DNA from: Gemmatimonadota bacterium
GTDB lineage: Bacteria > Gemmatimonadota > Gemmatimonadetes > Gemmatimonadales > GWC2-71-9
Assembly: GCA_050268825.1 (NCBI GenBank)
Contig: JBLNHD010000057.1
Coordinates: 1 to 27,558, forward strand
Direction: 5' to 3'
DNA length: 27,558 nucleotides
This document shows, in pieces, positions 15,925-23,727 of this stretch (positions are counted from its first letter, which is position 1; every line of letters starts with the position of its first letter). A program made the translations under genes and the position numbers. The notes beneath the pieces are model-generated. The model was not told the origin of the DNA, did not search any database, and saw only the letters and a program-made list of their open reading frames with translations.

Positions 15925-17195
15925 CGCCGACCGACCTGCTCCTCTCCGACTTCGGTCATGCGATGCACACCGTGCGCACCCGGCCGCCGAGGCCTGCGCG
16001 CCGCCGGCGTTCCATGCCCGGGGCCGTGTGGCTGGCGATGGCCTGCGCATCCGGCCTCGCGATTCCCGCGCCGGCACAGGGGCAGGGGACACCCGCGCGC
16101 TGGGCCGATTTCACGCGGGCGTTCGACCGCTTCGTGGCGGAAGAGGGCGTGCTCGGCGGCGGCGCGGTGCTCGTGCGTGATGGACGGCCGGCTGCATGGC
16201 ACCACGTGGGGGAGGCGGACCGCGCCGCCGGACAGGCGGCGGATTCGGCGACGATCTATCACTGGGGCTCGATCACGAAAACGCTGACCGCAATCGGCAT
16301 CATGCAGCTCCGCGACCGCGGACTCCTCTCGCTCGACGACCCGATCACGCGCTGGGTGCCCGAGCTCCGGCAGCTGCACAACCCGTTCGGCAGCAATGAT
16401 GCGATCACGGTGCGCATGCTGCTCTCGCACAGCGCCGGGTACCAGGACCCGACCTGGCCGTATGGGGAGGGCCGGGCGTGGGAGCCGTTCGAGCCGACGC
16501 GATGGGAGCAGCTCGTCGCGATGATGCCGTACCAGGAGGTGCGGTTCGCACCCGGCAGCCGGTACGGATACAGCAATCCCGCGTTCATCTACCTCGCCCG
16601 CGTCATCGAGAGCATCACCGGCGATCCGTACCAGTCCTACGTCCAGAAGAACATCTGGACCCCGCTCGGACTCACGCGGAGCTATTTCGGCGCCACCCCG
16701 TATCACCTCGCCGCACACCGGTCGAACAGCTATGTCATCCGCCGGGACAGCACGGCCGGCAGCCGCACCGAGGCGATCGGCCGGGACTTCGATCCGGGCA
16801 TCACGATCCCGAATGGGGGCTGGAACGCGCCGCTCGGGGACCTGGCCGCCTATGCGGCGTTCCTGCTCGGGGAGACCGGGGGGGATGCATCGCGCCGAGC
16901 CACCTACGACGGTGTGCTCGCGCGCGCAACGCTCGAGGAAATGTGGCGGACCGTCGTGCCGGTCGAAGGCCCGGAGTCGATGGGGCTGAGCTTCTTTCTT
17001 CTCGACCTCGACGGGAGGAAGATCGTCGGCCACACCGGGCAGCAGGCGGGCTTCCGCTCGTTCCTGTCCCTCGACCCGGCGAGCGGCACGGCGGTAATCG
17101 CCGCCACCAACACGATCAACCGGACGCGGGGCGCCGCGTCGGGCAGCGACTGGCAGTCCCTGACGCGGGCCGGCGTGCGCCTGCTCGTTCCCTGA
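15921..17195 (+). CDS. Serine hydrolase, beta-lactamase/PBP-like family
   Basis: SxxK (GSITK), LLSHSAG, YSN, GHTG motifs. The true start may be downstream (MPGAVWLA...). Confidence 0.92.
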   Translation: MTPTDLLLSDFGHAMHTVRTRPPRPARRRRSMPGAVWLAMACASGLAIPAPAQGQGTPARWADFTRAFDRFVAEEGVLGGGAVLVRDGRPAAWHHVGEADRAAGQAADSATIYHWGSITKTLTAIGIMQLRDRGLLSLDDPITRWVPELRQLHNPFGSNDAITVRMLLSHSAGYQDPTWPYGEGRAWEPFEPTRWEQLVAMMPYQEVRFAPGSRYGYSNPAFIYLARVIESITGDPYQSYVQKNIWTPLGLTRSYFGATPYHLAAHRSNSYVIRRDSTAGSRTEAIGRDFDPGITIPNGGWNAPLGDLAAYAAFLLGETGGDASRRATYDGVLARATLEEMWRTVVPVEGPESMGLSFFLLDLDGRKIVGHTGQQAGFRSFLSLDPASGTAVIAATNTINRTRGAASGSDWQSLTRAGVRLLVP

Positions 17196-17198
17196 GAC

Positions 17199-17579
17199 CT
17201 ACTGGGGCGGTACGTCGAGGGAGATGACGTCGCCCGCGCGCACCTGGGCATTGTCGGTTCGCACGGTGCCGCCGCTGTCCACGCCGACCCGGCGGGCGGG
17301 GACGGCCTCGAAGTAGACCGAGCCGCCGCCGACGATCACGCCGGGGGAAAGCGTAAAGCGCGACGTCTCGCCGCCGGGCGCGGTTCCCAGGCGGATGCGC
17401 TGCCCGCTCCGGATGGCGAATACGTCCATGTCGAACGACGAGCGGTTGCTGACGTCGAGCCGGGCGTTCTGGCCTTCGGGCGGAGGCGCGGGCTGCCCGG
17501 CCGGGTCTCCGGTCGTCGAGGCGCAGGCGGGCAGCAGCACGAGCAGGATTGCGAGACAGAGGCGTGCGAGGGTGGCCAT
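17199..17579 (-). CDS. Hypothetical lipoprotein (126 aa)
   Basis: MATLARLCLAILLVLLPAC lipobox, followed by a beta-rich domain. Confidence 0.8.
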   Translation of the reverse strand: MATLARLCLAILLVLLPACASTTGDPAGQPAPPPEGQNARLDVSNRSSFDMDVFAIRSGQRIRLGTAPGGETSRFTLSPGVIVGGGSVYFEAVPARRVGVDSGGTVRTDNAQVRAGDVISLDVPPQ

Positions 17580-17685
17580 CGTCGGCTCCTGAGCGGGAGA
17601 GGCGGCCGCACGGTCCGCGCGGCGCGTCTCTCGACTCCGGCGGCGGCGCCGCCCTGCCGAAAGGACCTGCATCACACAGGCCCCG

Positions 17686-17922
17686 ATGAACGAAACGCTG
17701 CTCAAGGCGCTCGGCGCCGCGATGGTCGCGCTGTGGCTGCACGGTGTCTGGGAGTATGTCCAGATGGTGCGGCACCGGAAGCCGGGTACCAGCGCCTTTT
17801 CGGTGACCTGGGCGCCGGATCGTCTCACACCGGACGGCCTCCGCCACCGCCGGCGCGTGCTGCTCAGCTGGGCGAGCATCGCGGTGCTGCTGGTGGCCGC
17901 GCTGCTGCTCGGTGCGGGATGA
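17686..17922 (+). CDS. Small 2-TM hypothetical protein
   Basis: Two hydrophobic helices flanking a short loop. Confidence 0.65.
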   Translation: MNETLLKALGAAMVALWLHGVWEYVQMVRHRKPGTSAFSVTWAPDRLTPDGLRHRRRVLLSWASIAVLLVAALLLGAG

Positions 17923-17999
17923 GCCCGACGCGCCGGAACCTGTCGCGGCACGGTCAGCTGCGATAAGCTGAACGAACTTCCCCTGCCCGGGAGCCCTGC

Positions 18000-18428
18000 A
18001 TGGCGCGTCGTCCGAGCTGGCTCGCATGGATCGTTGGAGCGACGGCGGCGTCCGCCGTGCTCGTCGCGGCCGACCGGCTGGCGCGAGATCCCGGCGCCTC
18101 CGGCGGCTGGCGCATGAGCGTGCCCGCGAGCGCGCTTTACGGCGCAGCGCTCGTCGGGCTCGGCATGGTCCTCCTGGCTCGCACCCGAACCTGGCAGGGA
18201 GCCGCCCTGCTGTCGGCGGTCATCGTGTGGGCCATCGGATGGCTCGCGCCCGCGCTCGCGGTGGCGCCGCTCGAGGAGTCCGGCGCCGGCCTCGTCATGG
18301 TCGGGACAGGCCTGGTCGCGCTGCCCGTCGCCGCGCTGGTCGGACTCTGGATCTTCCTCCGGATTGCAGGCTGGCAACATCCGCGGAGCGATGCTCCGGC
18401 AGGGCGGGAAGCGCGCCGCACCGCGTGA
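18000..18428 (+). CDS. Hypothetical membrane protein (about 4 TM)
   Basis: Four hydrophobic segments, GGAG RBS. Confidence 0.65.
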   Translation: MARRPSWLAWIVGATAASAVLVAADRLARDPGASGGWRMSVPASALYGAALVGLGMVLLARTRTWQGAALLSAVIVWAIGWLAPALAVAPLEESGAGLVMVGTGLVALPVAALVGLWIFLRIAGWQHPRSDAPAGREARRTA

Positions 18429-18437
18429 TCGACCGGC

Positions 18438-18644
18438 TCAGCGGGCGGTCGACTCGTCCGGCTCGAAGATCTCTTCGATCGATACCCCGAAGAGCCGGGC
18501 GATCCTGAAGGCGAGGCCCAGACTCGGTTCGTAGCGCCCGGTCTCGACGGCATTCACCGTCTGTCGCGAGACTGCGAGCCGTTCCGCCAGTTCCGCCTGG
18601 GACCATTCGCGCTCTGCGCGCAGCACGCGAAGCCGGTTCTTCAC
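18438..18644 (-). CDS. XRE-family HTH transcriptional regulator (68 aa)
   Basis: MKNRLRVLRAEREWSQAELAERLAVSRQTVNAVETGRYEPSLGLAFRIARLF. GTG overlaps the upstream TGA. Confidence 0.96.
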   Translation of the reverse strand: MKNRLRVLRAEREWSQAELAERLAVSRQTVNAVETGRYEPSLGLAFRIARLFGVSIEEIFEPDESTAR

Positions 18645-19036
18645 AGATAGCGCTTCCACGCGCGCCAGAGCCCGAAGGCGTAGAACATCACGAGGAACGG
18701 CAGGATGTGGCGGTAGCTCCAGTCGTCCGCCGACAGGCCGATGGCGAGCTCGAGCAGGCCGAGCGTCATGATGAAGAGGAGCGTGAGCGGAAAGGCCAAG
18801 ACCAGGGCTTCGAGATGGACGCGCCGGTGCAGCTCGTCCAGCGACCGGATGCCGCGTATGGCGGCGACGAGCGCCACCAGGAAGGGCAGCACCGGGGCCA
18901 CGGCGATGACCAGCCGGACCCGCGCCGGCAGCTCCAGCCCGAGCGCAAAGCGGGCGGCGATGTAGGTAACGCCCCAGATCACGCCGGGGACGATGGGGCT
19001 GGCGGTGAGCCGATCGATGGAGCGCGCGGCGGTCAT
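18641..19036 (-). CDS. Membrane protein coupled to the XRE regulator
   Basis: About 4 TM with SLDELHRRVHLEAL, a motif typical of XRE-linked membrane genes. Confidence 0.85.
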   Translation of the reverse strand: MTAARSIDRLTASPIVPGVIWGVTYIAARFALGLELPARVRLVIAVAPVLPFLVALVAAIRGIRSLDELHRRVHLEALVLAFPLTLLFIMTLGLLELAIGLSADDWSYRHILPFLVMFYAFGLWRAWKRYL

Positions 19037-19086
19037 GCGATCCTCCCGTGACGGTGACGCCTTCAGAAGGCCTTAGCGGCCATCCA

Positions 19087-19115
19087 AGTGTAAAGCTCGG
19101 CAGACAATATGTCAA
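19087..19115 (-). promoter_or_regulatory. sigma70 promoter of the membrane protein-XRE operon
   Basis: Consensus TTGACA (19115-19110), 17-nt spacer, TACACT (19092-19087). Confidence 0.75.
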
Positions 19116-19130
19116 GTATGCTTGTCATAT
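19107..19130. promoter_or_regulatory. Putative XRE operator
   Basis: 24-bp imperfect palindrome ATATGTCAAG-TATG-CTTGTCATAT overlapping the -35. Confidence 0.6.
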
Positions 19131-19149
19131 TCATCGAGGAGGGAGCCGC

Positions 19150-19716
19150 ATGAAAGCCCGGAAGCGCTACCAGCTCGAGAAGGTTACCGTTGAGCCGACC
19201 GGGAGCCGGGACAGCTCCTGGACCTTCGCCGGAGACGCCGTTCGCGGCACCGAATTCAGCTACCTCGTCGTCGACGGCAACTTTCCGAGCCGCAACGTCT
19301 GGGAGTTCATCGTGCGGGTCCCGGCGGAGCGGGGCGCCCGGGTCGAAGTGCGACCGAGAGCAGCACCGGCCGTCAAGGCGTGGGCGGAGCTGCCCGACCG
19401 GTCGCTCACCTTTTCCCGGGCCACGCGCGGGGCGGCACGCGGCAAGTGGTACTGCCAGGTGGCGCTGGCCGACGCCACCGGCGAAAAATCGAAGAGTGTC
19501 GTCCGGACCGACGAGCGCGACGAGCTTCCCGCCTGGTTTGCGCCGCTCCAGGGACGGATGCGGCGCAAGGAAGCCGTGAAACCCACGAAGGGCACCGACG
19601 GTAATTCACTGGTGATCCTGATCCCGGCCGACGATCATGCCTTCATGATCCGGCTGTTCTTTGCCACGAAGGTGTGGGTGCTCAAGGAGCGGATCGTCGT
19701 CGGCGCCGGCGCATGA
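19150..19716 (+). CDS. Hypothetical protein (188 aa)
   Basis: RBS GAGGAGGGAG before ATG, globular composition, no family recognised. Confidence 0.85.
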   Translation: MKARKRYQLEKVTVEPTGSRDSSWTFAGDAVRGTEFSYLVVDGNFPSRNVWEFIVRVPAERGARVEVRPRAAPAVKAWAELPDRSLTFSRATRGAARGKWYCQVALADATGEKSKSVVRTDERDELPAWFAPLQGRMRRKEAVKPTKGTDGNSLVILIPADDHAFMIRLFFATKVWVLKERIVVGAGA

Positions 19717-19756
19717 GCGGCGCCGAGACGCGCTTCCGGATGCGGAAGGAGGCGGC

Positions 19757-20209
19757 ATGCGTTACCTGGTGATGGCGATTCTGGCCTCGGTGCCGGCGCC
19801 CGCCGCCGCCCAGGGCGGAGCGGACAGCGCGGCCGTGCGCGCGGCCGTGCTGGATTATGTCGAGGGATTCTATCAGGGGGATTCGGCGCGACTGGTTCGC
19901 AGCGTACGGCCCGAAGTCGTCAAGTACGGCTTCTTCGTGCCGCGCGACTCGGCGCGATATCGTGGCGAGCCGATGTCGTTCGCGGAAATGAACGCCTACG
20001 CGAACAGCGTCAGGCGAAACAACCGGCCGGCGCCCTCGAGCGCCCCCAAGGACATCGAGCTGCTCGACGTGCAGGACCAGACCGCGGCGGCCAAGCTCAC
20101 GGCCTGGTGGGGCACGGACTACCTCCTGCTCGCGAAATACGACGGCCGGTGGATGATCGTGCAGGTGCTCTGGCAGTCGCCCCCTCCGCGTGTCGCCCCG
20201 GGACGCTGA
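19757..20209 (+). CDS. Secreted NTF2-like (Lumazine-binding_2-type) protein
   Basis: AVRAAVLDYVEGFYQGD...ELLDVQDQTAAAKLTAWWGTDYLLLAKYDGRWMIVQVLW. Signal peptide, RBS AAGGAGG. Confidence 0.88.
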   Translation: MRYLVMAILASVPAPAAAQGGADSAAVRAAVLDYVEGFYQGDSARLVRSVRPEVVKYGFFVPRDSARYRGEPMSFAEMNAYANSVRRNNRPAPSSAPKDIELLDVQDQTAAAKLTAWWGTDYLLLAKYDGRWMIVQVLWQSPPPRVAPGR

Positions 20210-20600
20210 AGCCGGCGGCGGTGCGCCGCCGCCGGTCGCGCGGTTCGTGCTCCAGGGCCAGTCCGTGTACTACGTCGTCACCGGGCTCTGGCCGATCGTG
20301 CACCTGGGCTCCTTCGAGGCCATCACGGGACCCAAGGTGGACGACTGGCTCGTGAAGATGGTCGGCCTGCTCGCGGCGACGATCGGCGTGACACTCGGCG
20401 TAGCCGTGCGCCACCGGCGCTGGACCGCCGAGGTGCGCACGCTCGCGATCCTGAGCGCGCTGTCCTTCGCCGCGATCGACCTCCGGTATGCGCTCACGGG
20501 CCGCATCTCCCCCATCTATCTTGCCGACGCGGCCATCGAGATCGGGATCGCGGCGCTGCTTGGCGCCGCATTCCTCCTGGCGCGAAGGGGGTCCGGCTGA
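20190..20600 (+). CDS. Conserved hypothetical membrane protein
   Basis: YYVVTGLWPIVHLGSFEAITGPKVDDWLVKMVG...SPIYLADA. Start uncertain (GTG 20190 or 20247). Confidence 0.8.
   Translation: MSPRDAEAGGGAPPPVARFVLQGQSVYYVVTGLWPIVHLGSFEAITGPKVDDWLVKMVGLLAATIGVTLGVAVRHRRWTAEVRTLAILSALSFAAIDLRYALTGRISPIYLADAAIEIGIAALLGAAFLLARRGSG
20212..20235. other. Perfect 10-bp hairpin immediately after a stop codon
   Basis: CCGGCGGCGG-TGCG-CCGCCGCCGG. Confidence 0.5.
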
Positions 20601-20629
20601 AATCCGGCGGCCGCCGCCTCGTTTCGGCG

Positions 20630-20968
20630 ATGAACTGGATGGGAGGGCTTTCGCTCCTCCTTTTCTGGCTCCCCGGGATCGGCCCGCTGATCGCGGGCCT
20701 CGTGGGCGGATACAAGGCCGGCACCGTGGGCCGCGCGGTCATTGCCGTCTTCCTGCCCGCGCTGCTGATGGGCCTGCTGGCTGCTGGCGCCGCAGTGTAT
20801 CTCACCGACTTCATGGTGTGGGGCGTCGTGGCGGGGATCGGCACGGTGGCGCTGATGCTCCTGCAGATCGGCCCTCTTCTCCTCGGCGCGATCGGCGGCG
20901 GAATCGCCGGCCTGCTGCACGAGCGTTATCGCCCGCCCCCTCGAACCGGAGACCGCACACTGGAATGA
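20630..20968 (+). CDS. Gly-rich hypothetical membrane protein
   Basis: LLFWLPGIGPLIAGLVGGYKAG...GAIGGGIAG with repeated GxxxG helices. Confidence 0.75.
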   Translation: MNWMGGLSLLLFWLPGIGPLIAGLVGGYKAGTVGRAVIAVFLPALLMGLLAAGAAVYLTDFMVWGVVAGIGTVALMLLQIGPLLLGAIGGGIAGLLHERYRPPPRTGDRTLE

Positions 20969-21537
20969 AGCGACGCGCACTGGCACTCCTCCTGGCGTTC
21001 ACCCCCGGCTGCGCCGCGGCACAGGGCGCCGCACCCGCGGCAGGATCGAAGACGGTCGTGATCCTCGCGCGCCATGCGGAGAAGGCGAGCGAGACCGAGA
21101 CCGACCCGCCGCTGAGCGAGCGGGGGCGGCAGCGCGCCACGGCGCTGGCGGCGGCCCTCCGCGACACCCGCCTTACGGGGGCGATCGTATCCGAGCGCCG
21201 CCGGACCCAGCAGACTGCCGCACCGGCGCTCGGCGGGATCGTGCCGGACACGGTGTCGATCGCGGGAGGCGCCCCGGTCCATGCACGCGCCGTGGCGGAT
21301 CGCATCCGGAGCCGGCATGCCGGCGGCACCGTGCTCGTGGTGGGCCACAGCAATACGATTCCCGCCATCATGACCGCACTCGGCGCGGGGCCGCTGCCGG
21401 ACATCTGCGACGCGGCCTACGCCAACCTGTACGTCATGATCCTCGCGGAAAGCGGGCCGCCACAGGTCCTGCGCACGAAGTTCGGGCCGTCCGATCCGCC
21501 GGGCGCGGATGACTGCCCCGGAATGCGGGCCCCCTAG
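20965..21537 (+). CDS. Exported histidine phosphatase family protein (SixA-like)
   Basis: ILARHAEK, PPLSERGRQRA, RTQQTA, LVVGHSNT. Signal peptide, ATGA overlap. Confidence 0.9.
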   Translation: MKRRALALLLAFTPGCAAAQGAAPAAGSKTVVILARHAEKASETETDPPLSERGRQRATALAAALRDTRLTGAIVSERRRTQQTAAPALGGIVPDTVSIAGGAPVHARAVADRIRSRHAGGTVLVVGHSNTIPAIMTALGAGPLPDICDAAYANLYVMILAESGPPQVLRTKFGPSDPPGADDCPGMRAP

Positions 21538-21617
21538 GGCGCTGGCAAAATCCCGCCGACCCGGCCACTGTTGTTATCCGGCCGGGCGCGGGGCCCGGCC
21601 CCGGCAGGGAGGTCCTC

Positions 21618-21851
21618 ATGGCAACGTGCGAAGTCTGCGGGAATGATTATTACCTCTCGTTCGAGGTTGTGACCGCAGGAAAGACCCACATATTCGACAG
21701 CTTCGAATGCGCGATCCACCGGCTCGCGCCGGTATGCGACCATTGCGGCTGCCGCATCATCGGCCACGGCATCGAGGCGAACGGAACGTTCTACTGCTGC
21801 GCGCACTGCGCACACCGGAAGGGCGCGACCACGATCGTCGACCACGCGTAG
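21618..21851 (+). CDS. Small Cys/His-rich metal-binding protein (metallothionein/TRASH-like)
   Basis: CEVC...FDSFEC...CDHCGC...YCCAHC, 9 Cys and 7 His in 77 aa. RBS AGGGAGG. Confidence 0.85.
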   Translation: MATCEVCGNDYYLSFEVVTAGKTHIFDSFECAIHRLAPVCDHCGCRIIGHGIEANGTFYCCAHCAHRKGATTIVDHA

Positions 21852-21906
21852 CGCAGGCACGCGACACACCTCACCCAGCTGCGGCTGGCCCATCAGAGGA
21901 GAACCT

Positions 21907-22122
21907 ATGGCAACGAAGCTCGACAAGGCCATCAAGCGGGAGCTTGAGATCGACGGCCAGCTCTACACCGTGATCATGTCGCCCGAGGGGCTCAAGATCA
22001 CCCCGAAGGGCGGACGGAAGGGCACCGAGCTCACCTGGCGCTCGCTCATGGGCGGCGGCGCAGGCGGCATGAGCGGCGGCGGCATGGGTGGGAGCATGGG
22101 CGGCGGGATGGGCCTGGAGTAG
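21907..22122 (+). CDS. Small hypothetical protein with Gly/Met tail
   Basis: MATKLDKAIKRELEIDG...LKITPKGGRKG then GGGAGGMSGGGMGGSMGGGMG. RBS AGAGGAG. Confidence 0.85.
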   Translation: MATKLDKAIKRELEIDGQLYTVIMSPEGLKITPKGGRKGTELTWRSLMGGGAGGMSGGGMGGSMGGGMGLE

Positions 22123-22126
22123 CTCC

Positions 22127-22300
22127 ATGTCGAAGAGAGACGACGAACGTCTCGCGAGGCTGGCGCGGAAGAACGCGGAGCGCGAGGTGAAGCCGAAGGA
22201 CGAGAAGGCCGCGCGCTACGACAGCACGCTCCGGCGCAAGCCCGACGACGACAAGGACCTTCGCTCGTTCTTCGACGAGATGAAGAAGCGCGAGTTCTAG
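22127..22300 (+). CDS. Small highly charged hypothetical protein (57 aa)
   Basis: GGAG RBS, ATG 22127, strongly GC3-biased codons. Confidence 0.75.
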   Translation: MSKRDDERLARLARKNAEREVKPKDEKAARYDSTLRRKPDDDKDLRSFFDEMKKREF

Positions 22301-22301
22301 G

Positions 22302-22700
22302 GTGCGGCTGTGGCTGCTCGTCGTGGGGGCGGGTGCTGCCTTCGGGTGCGCCCGCCCCCAGTCGCAGCTGGTCCCCGCCGGCGCCGAATTCGAGGTGCCG
22401 CTCGGGGTCACGGTGCGCGTCGCCGGCGGGCCGGCGGTGACCTTCGCGGAGGTCCTCGAGGATTCCCGCTGCCCCATTGACGCCGTCTGTGTCCAGGCGG
22501 GACGCGCCACGGTCCGGCTCACGGTGGATCACGGCGGGATGCGTGAAGAGTTCCGGCTCAGCACGCGCGAAGGCGCCGTGGCGGATACCGTCGGACGCCA
22601 CGCGGTCCGTCTCGTCGCCGTTCTCCCCGCGCCCCGCGCTGCGTCCCCCACCCCCCGGGATGCCTACCGCGTCATGCTCCAGGTCGATGCACCCCAGTAG
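22302..22700 (+). CDS. Hypothetical lipoprotein (DSRCP...C..AG family)
   Basis: Lipobox AFGC and motif EDSRCPIDAVCVQAG. Confidence 0.82.
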   Translation: MRLWLLVVGAGAAFGCARPQSQLVPAGAEFEVPLGVTVRVAGGPAVTFAEVLEDSRCPIDAVCVQAGRATVRLTVDHGGMREEFRLSTREGAVADTVGRHAVRLVAVLPAPRAASPTPRDAYRVMLQVDAPQ

Positions 22701-22814
22701 TCCGGGCGGCTGGCGAGCCCGCGTCACGCCGCCGAAGTGAGCGGCGTTCCGGCCCGCCGGGCCCTTCACCGGCCATCTTGGAGGCGTTTCATCCACCCCG
22801 ACCAGGAGGCTCGT

Positions 22815-23327
22815 GTGGCAATGCCCTGCCGAATCGCAACTCCGCTCGCGCTCCTCTCACTGGCATTCATGTCCGCGCCCCTGGCGGCGCAGGGGCGGGA
22901 GCCCCAGGCACTCGAGGGGCTTCGAAGCGTCACGGTGCTCGTGGAGCGCACGTCGGCGGAAGCCGTGGCGGCGGGCGTCGACACCGTCGCCCTGCGCCAT
23001 CAGGCGGAAGACGCCGTGCAGAAGCTCGGCATCTCGCTCGTGCCCCCCGGGGCGCGGGATTCGGCCGGCGGCGTGGTGTACGTGAACGCGTTCGCCGCGA
23101 CGAATCCCACGCGGAACTGGTATGCCGCCTACGTCGAGCTCGAGGTGATGCAGCCAGTCACCATCGACCGGACTCCCGACGCCCGGCTCTACGCCACGAC
23201 CTGGCAGGCGCCGGTCCGGCTCCGCGTCGTGGAGCCAGGCGGACTCGGCAGCGAGGTGCGAGAGGCGCTGCGCACCATGCTCGACGAATTCTCCCGCGCC
23301 TGGTCCGCCGCCAATCCTCCCAGATAG
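22815..23327 (+). CDS. Secreted hypothetical protein
   Basis: RBS AGGAGG before GTG 22815 or ATG 22821. Signal peptide ending PLAA-Q, then LEGLRSVTVLVE...TTWQ...MLDEFSRAWSAANP. Confidence 0.82.
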   Translation: MAMPCRIATPLALLSLAFMSAPLAAQGREPQALEGLRSVTVLVERTSAEAVAAGVDTVALRHQAEDAVQKLGISLVPPGARDSAGGVVYVNAFAATNPTRNWYAAYVELEVMQPVTIDRTPDARLYATTWQAPVRLRVVEPGGLGSEVREALRTMLDEFSRAWSAANPPR

Positions 23328-23335
23328 CGCACTTC

Positions 23336-23419
23336 CGGTCCGGACTTGCGCAACCGCCGGTCCGGACCGACGTTCGAGACATCCAGGATCATCGCCCCGG
23401 CGGCTGCGGTTGCCGGGGC
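23336..23419. other. Two intergenic GC-rich hairpins
   Basis: CGGTCCGGAC(23336-45)/GTCCGGACCG(23360-69) and GCCCCGGCGGC-TGCG-GTTGCCGGGGC(23394-23419). Confidence 0.55.
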
Positions 23420-23439
23420 TGCGGGCGAGGAGAGCGGGC

Positions 23440-23727
23440 ATGCGCCGTCGGGGACACCCGGTTCGCCGGATGTTGACCAGCGTGGTGCTCACGCCGCTCC
23501 TGTTCGTCGTCCTCTACTACGGCTGGCTCGCCGTCTCGGCCTGGCGGGCGGGGTATGCCTGGGAGGAGATGGACTGGAACGACGATGGTGCCACGACCAT
23601 CCGCGAGTTCTTCGCCACCAACGGCGTCGGCCGTCGGCCGATCACCCGCGAAGGCCGAATGTGCGTCGAATTCTTCCGGCTCGAGGACGGGCTGCCGCTG
23701 AAAACTTCATGTCCCGACGCACCGTAG
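23440..23727 (+). CDS. Small membrane-anchored protein with a single EF-hand-like loop
   Basis: TM helix then DWNDDGATTIRE, plus two Cys. RBS GAGGAG. Confidence 0.78.
   Translation: MRRRGHPVRRMLTSVVLTPLLFVVLYYGWLAVSAWRAGYAWEEMDWNDDGATTIREFFATNGVGRRPITREGRMCVEFFRLEDGLPLKTSCPDAP

Noticed and set aside
15921-17195. Calling either serine hydrolase a true beta-lactamase resistance gene
   Set aside because: SxxK/YxN/HxG motifs are shared by many esterases and peptidases, so activity cannot be inferred from them.
17919-17966. 15-codon mini-ORF overlapping the previous stop (ATGA)
   Set aside because: Too short, with no supporting motif. Plausibly chance.
23350-23363. Minus-strand GG-N10-GC sigma54-like spacing
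   Set aside because: Poor -24 element (CGGACC), and it points antisense into a gene.
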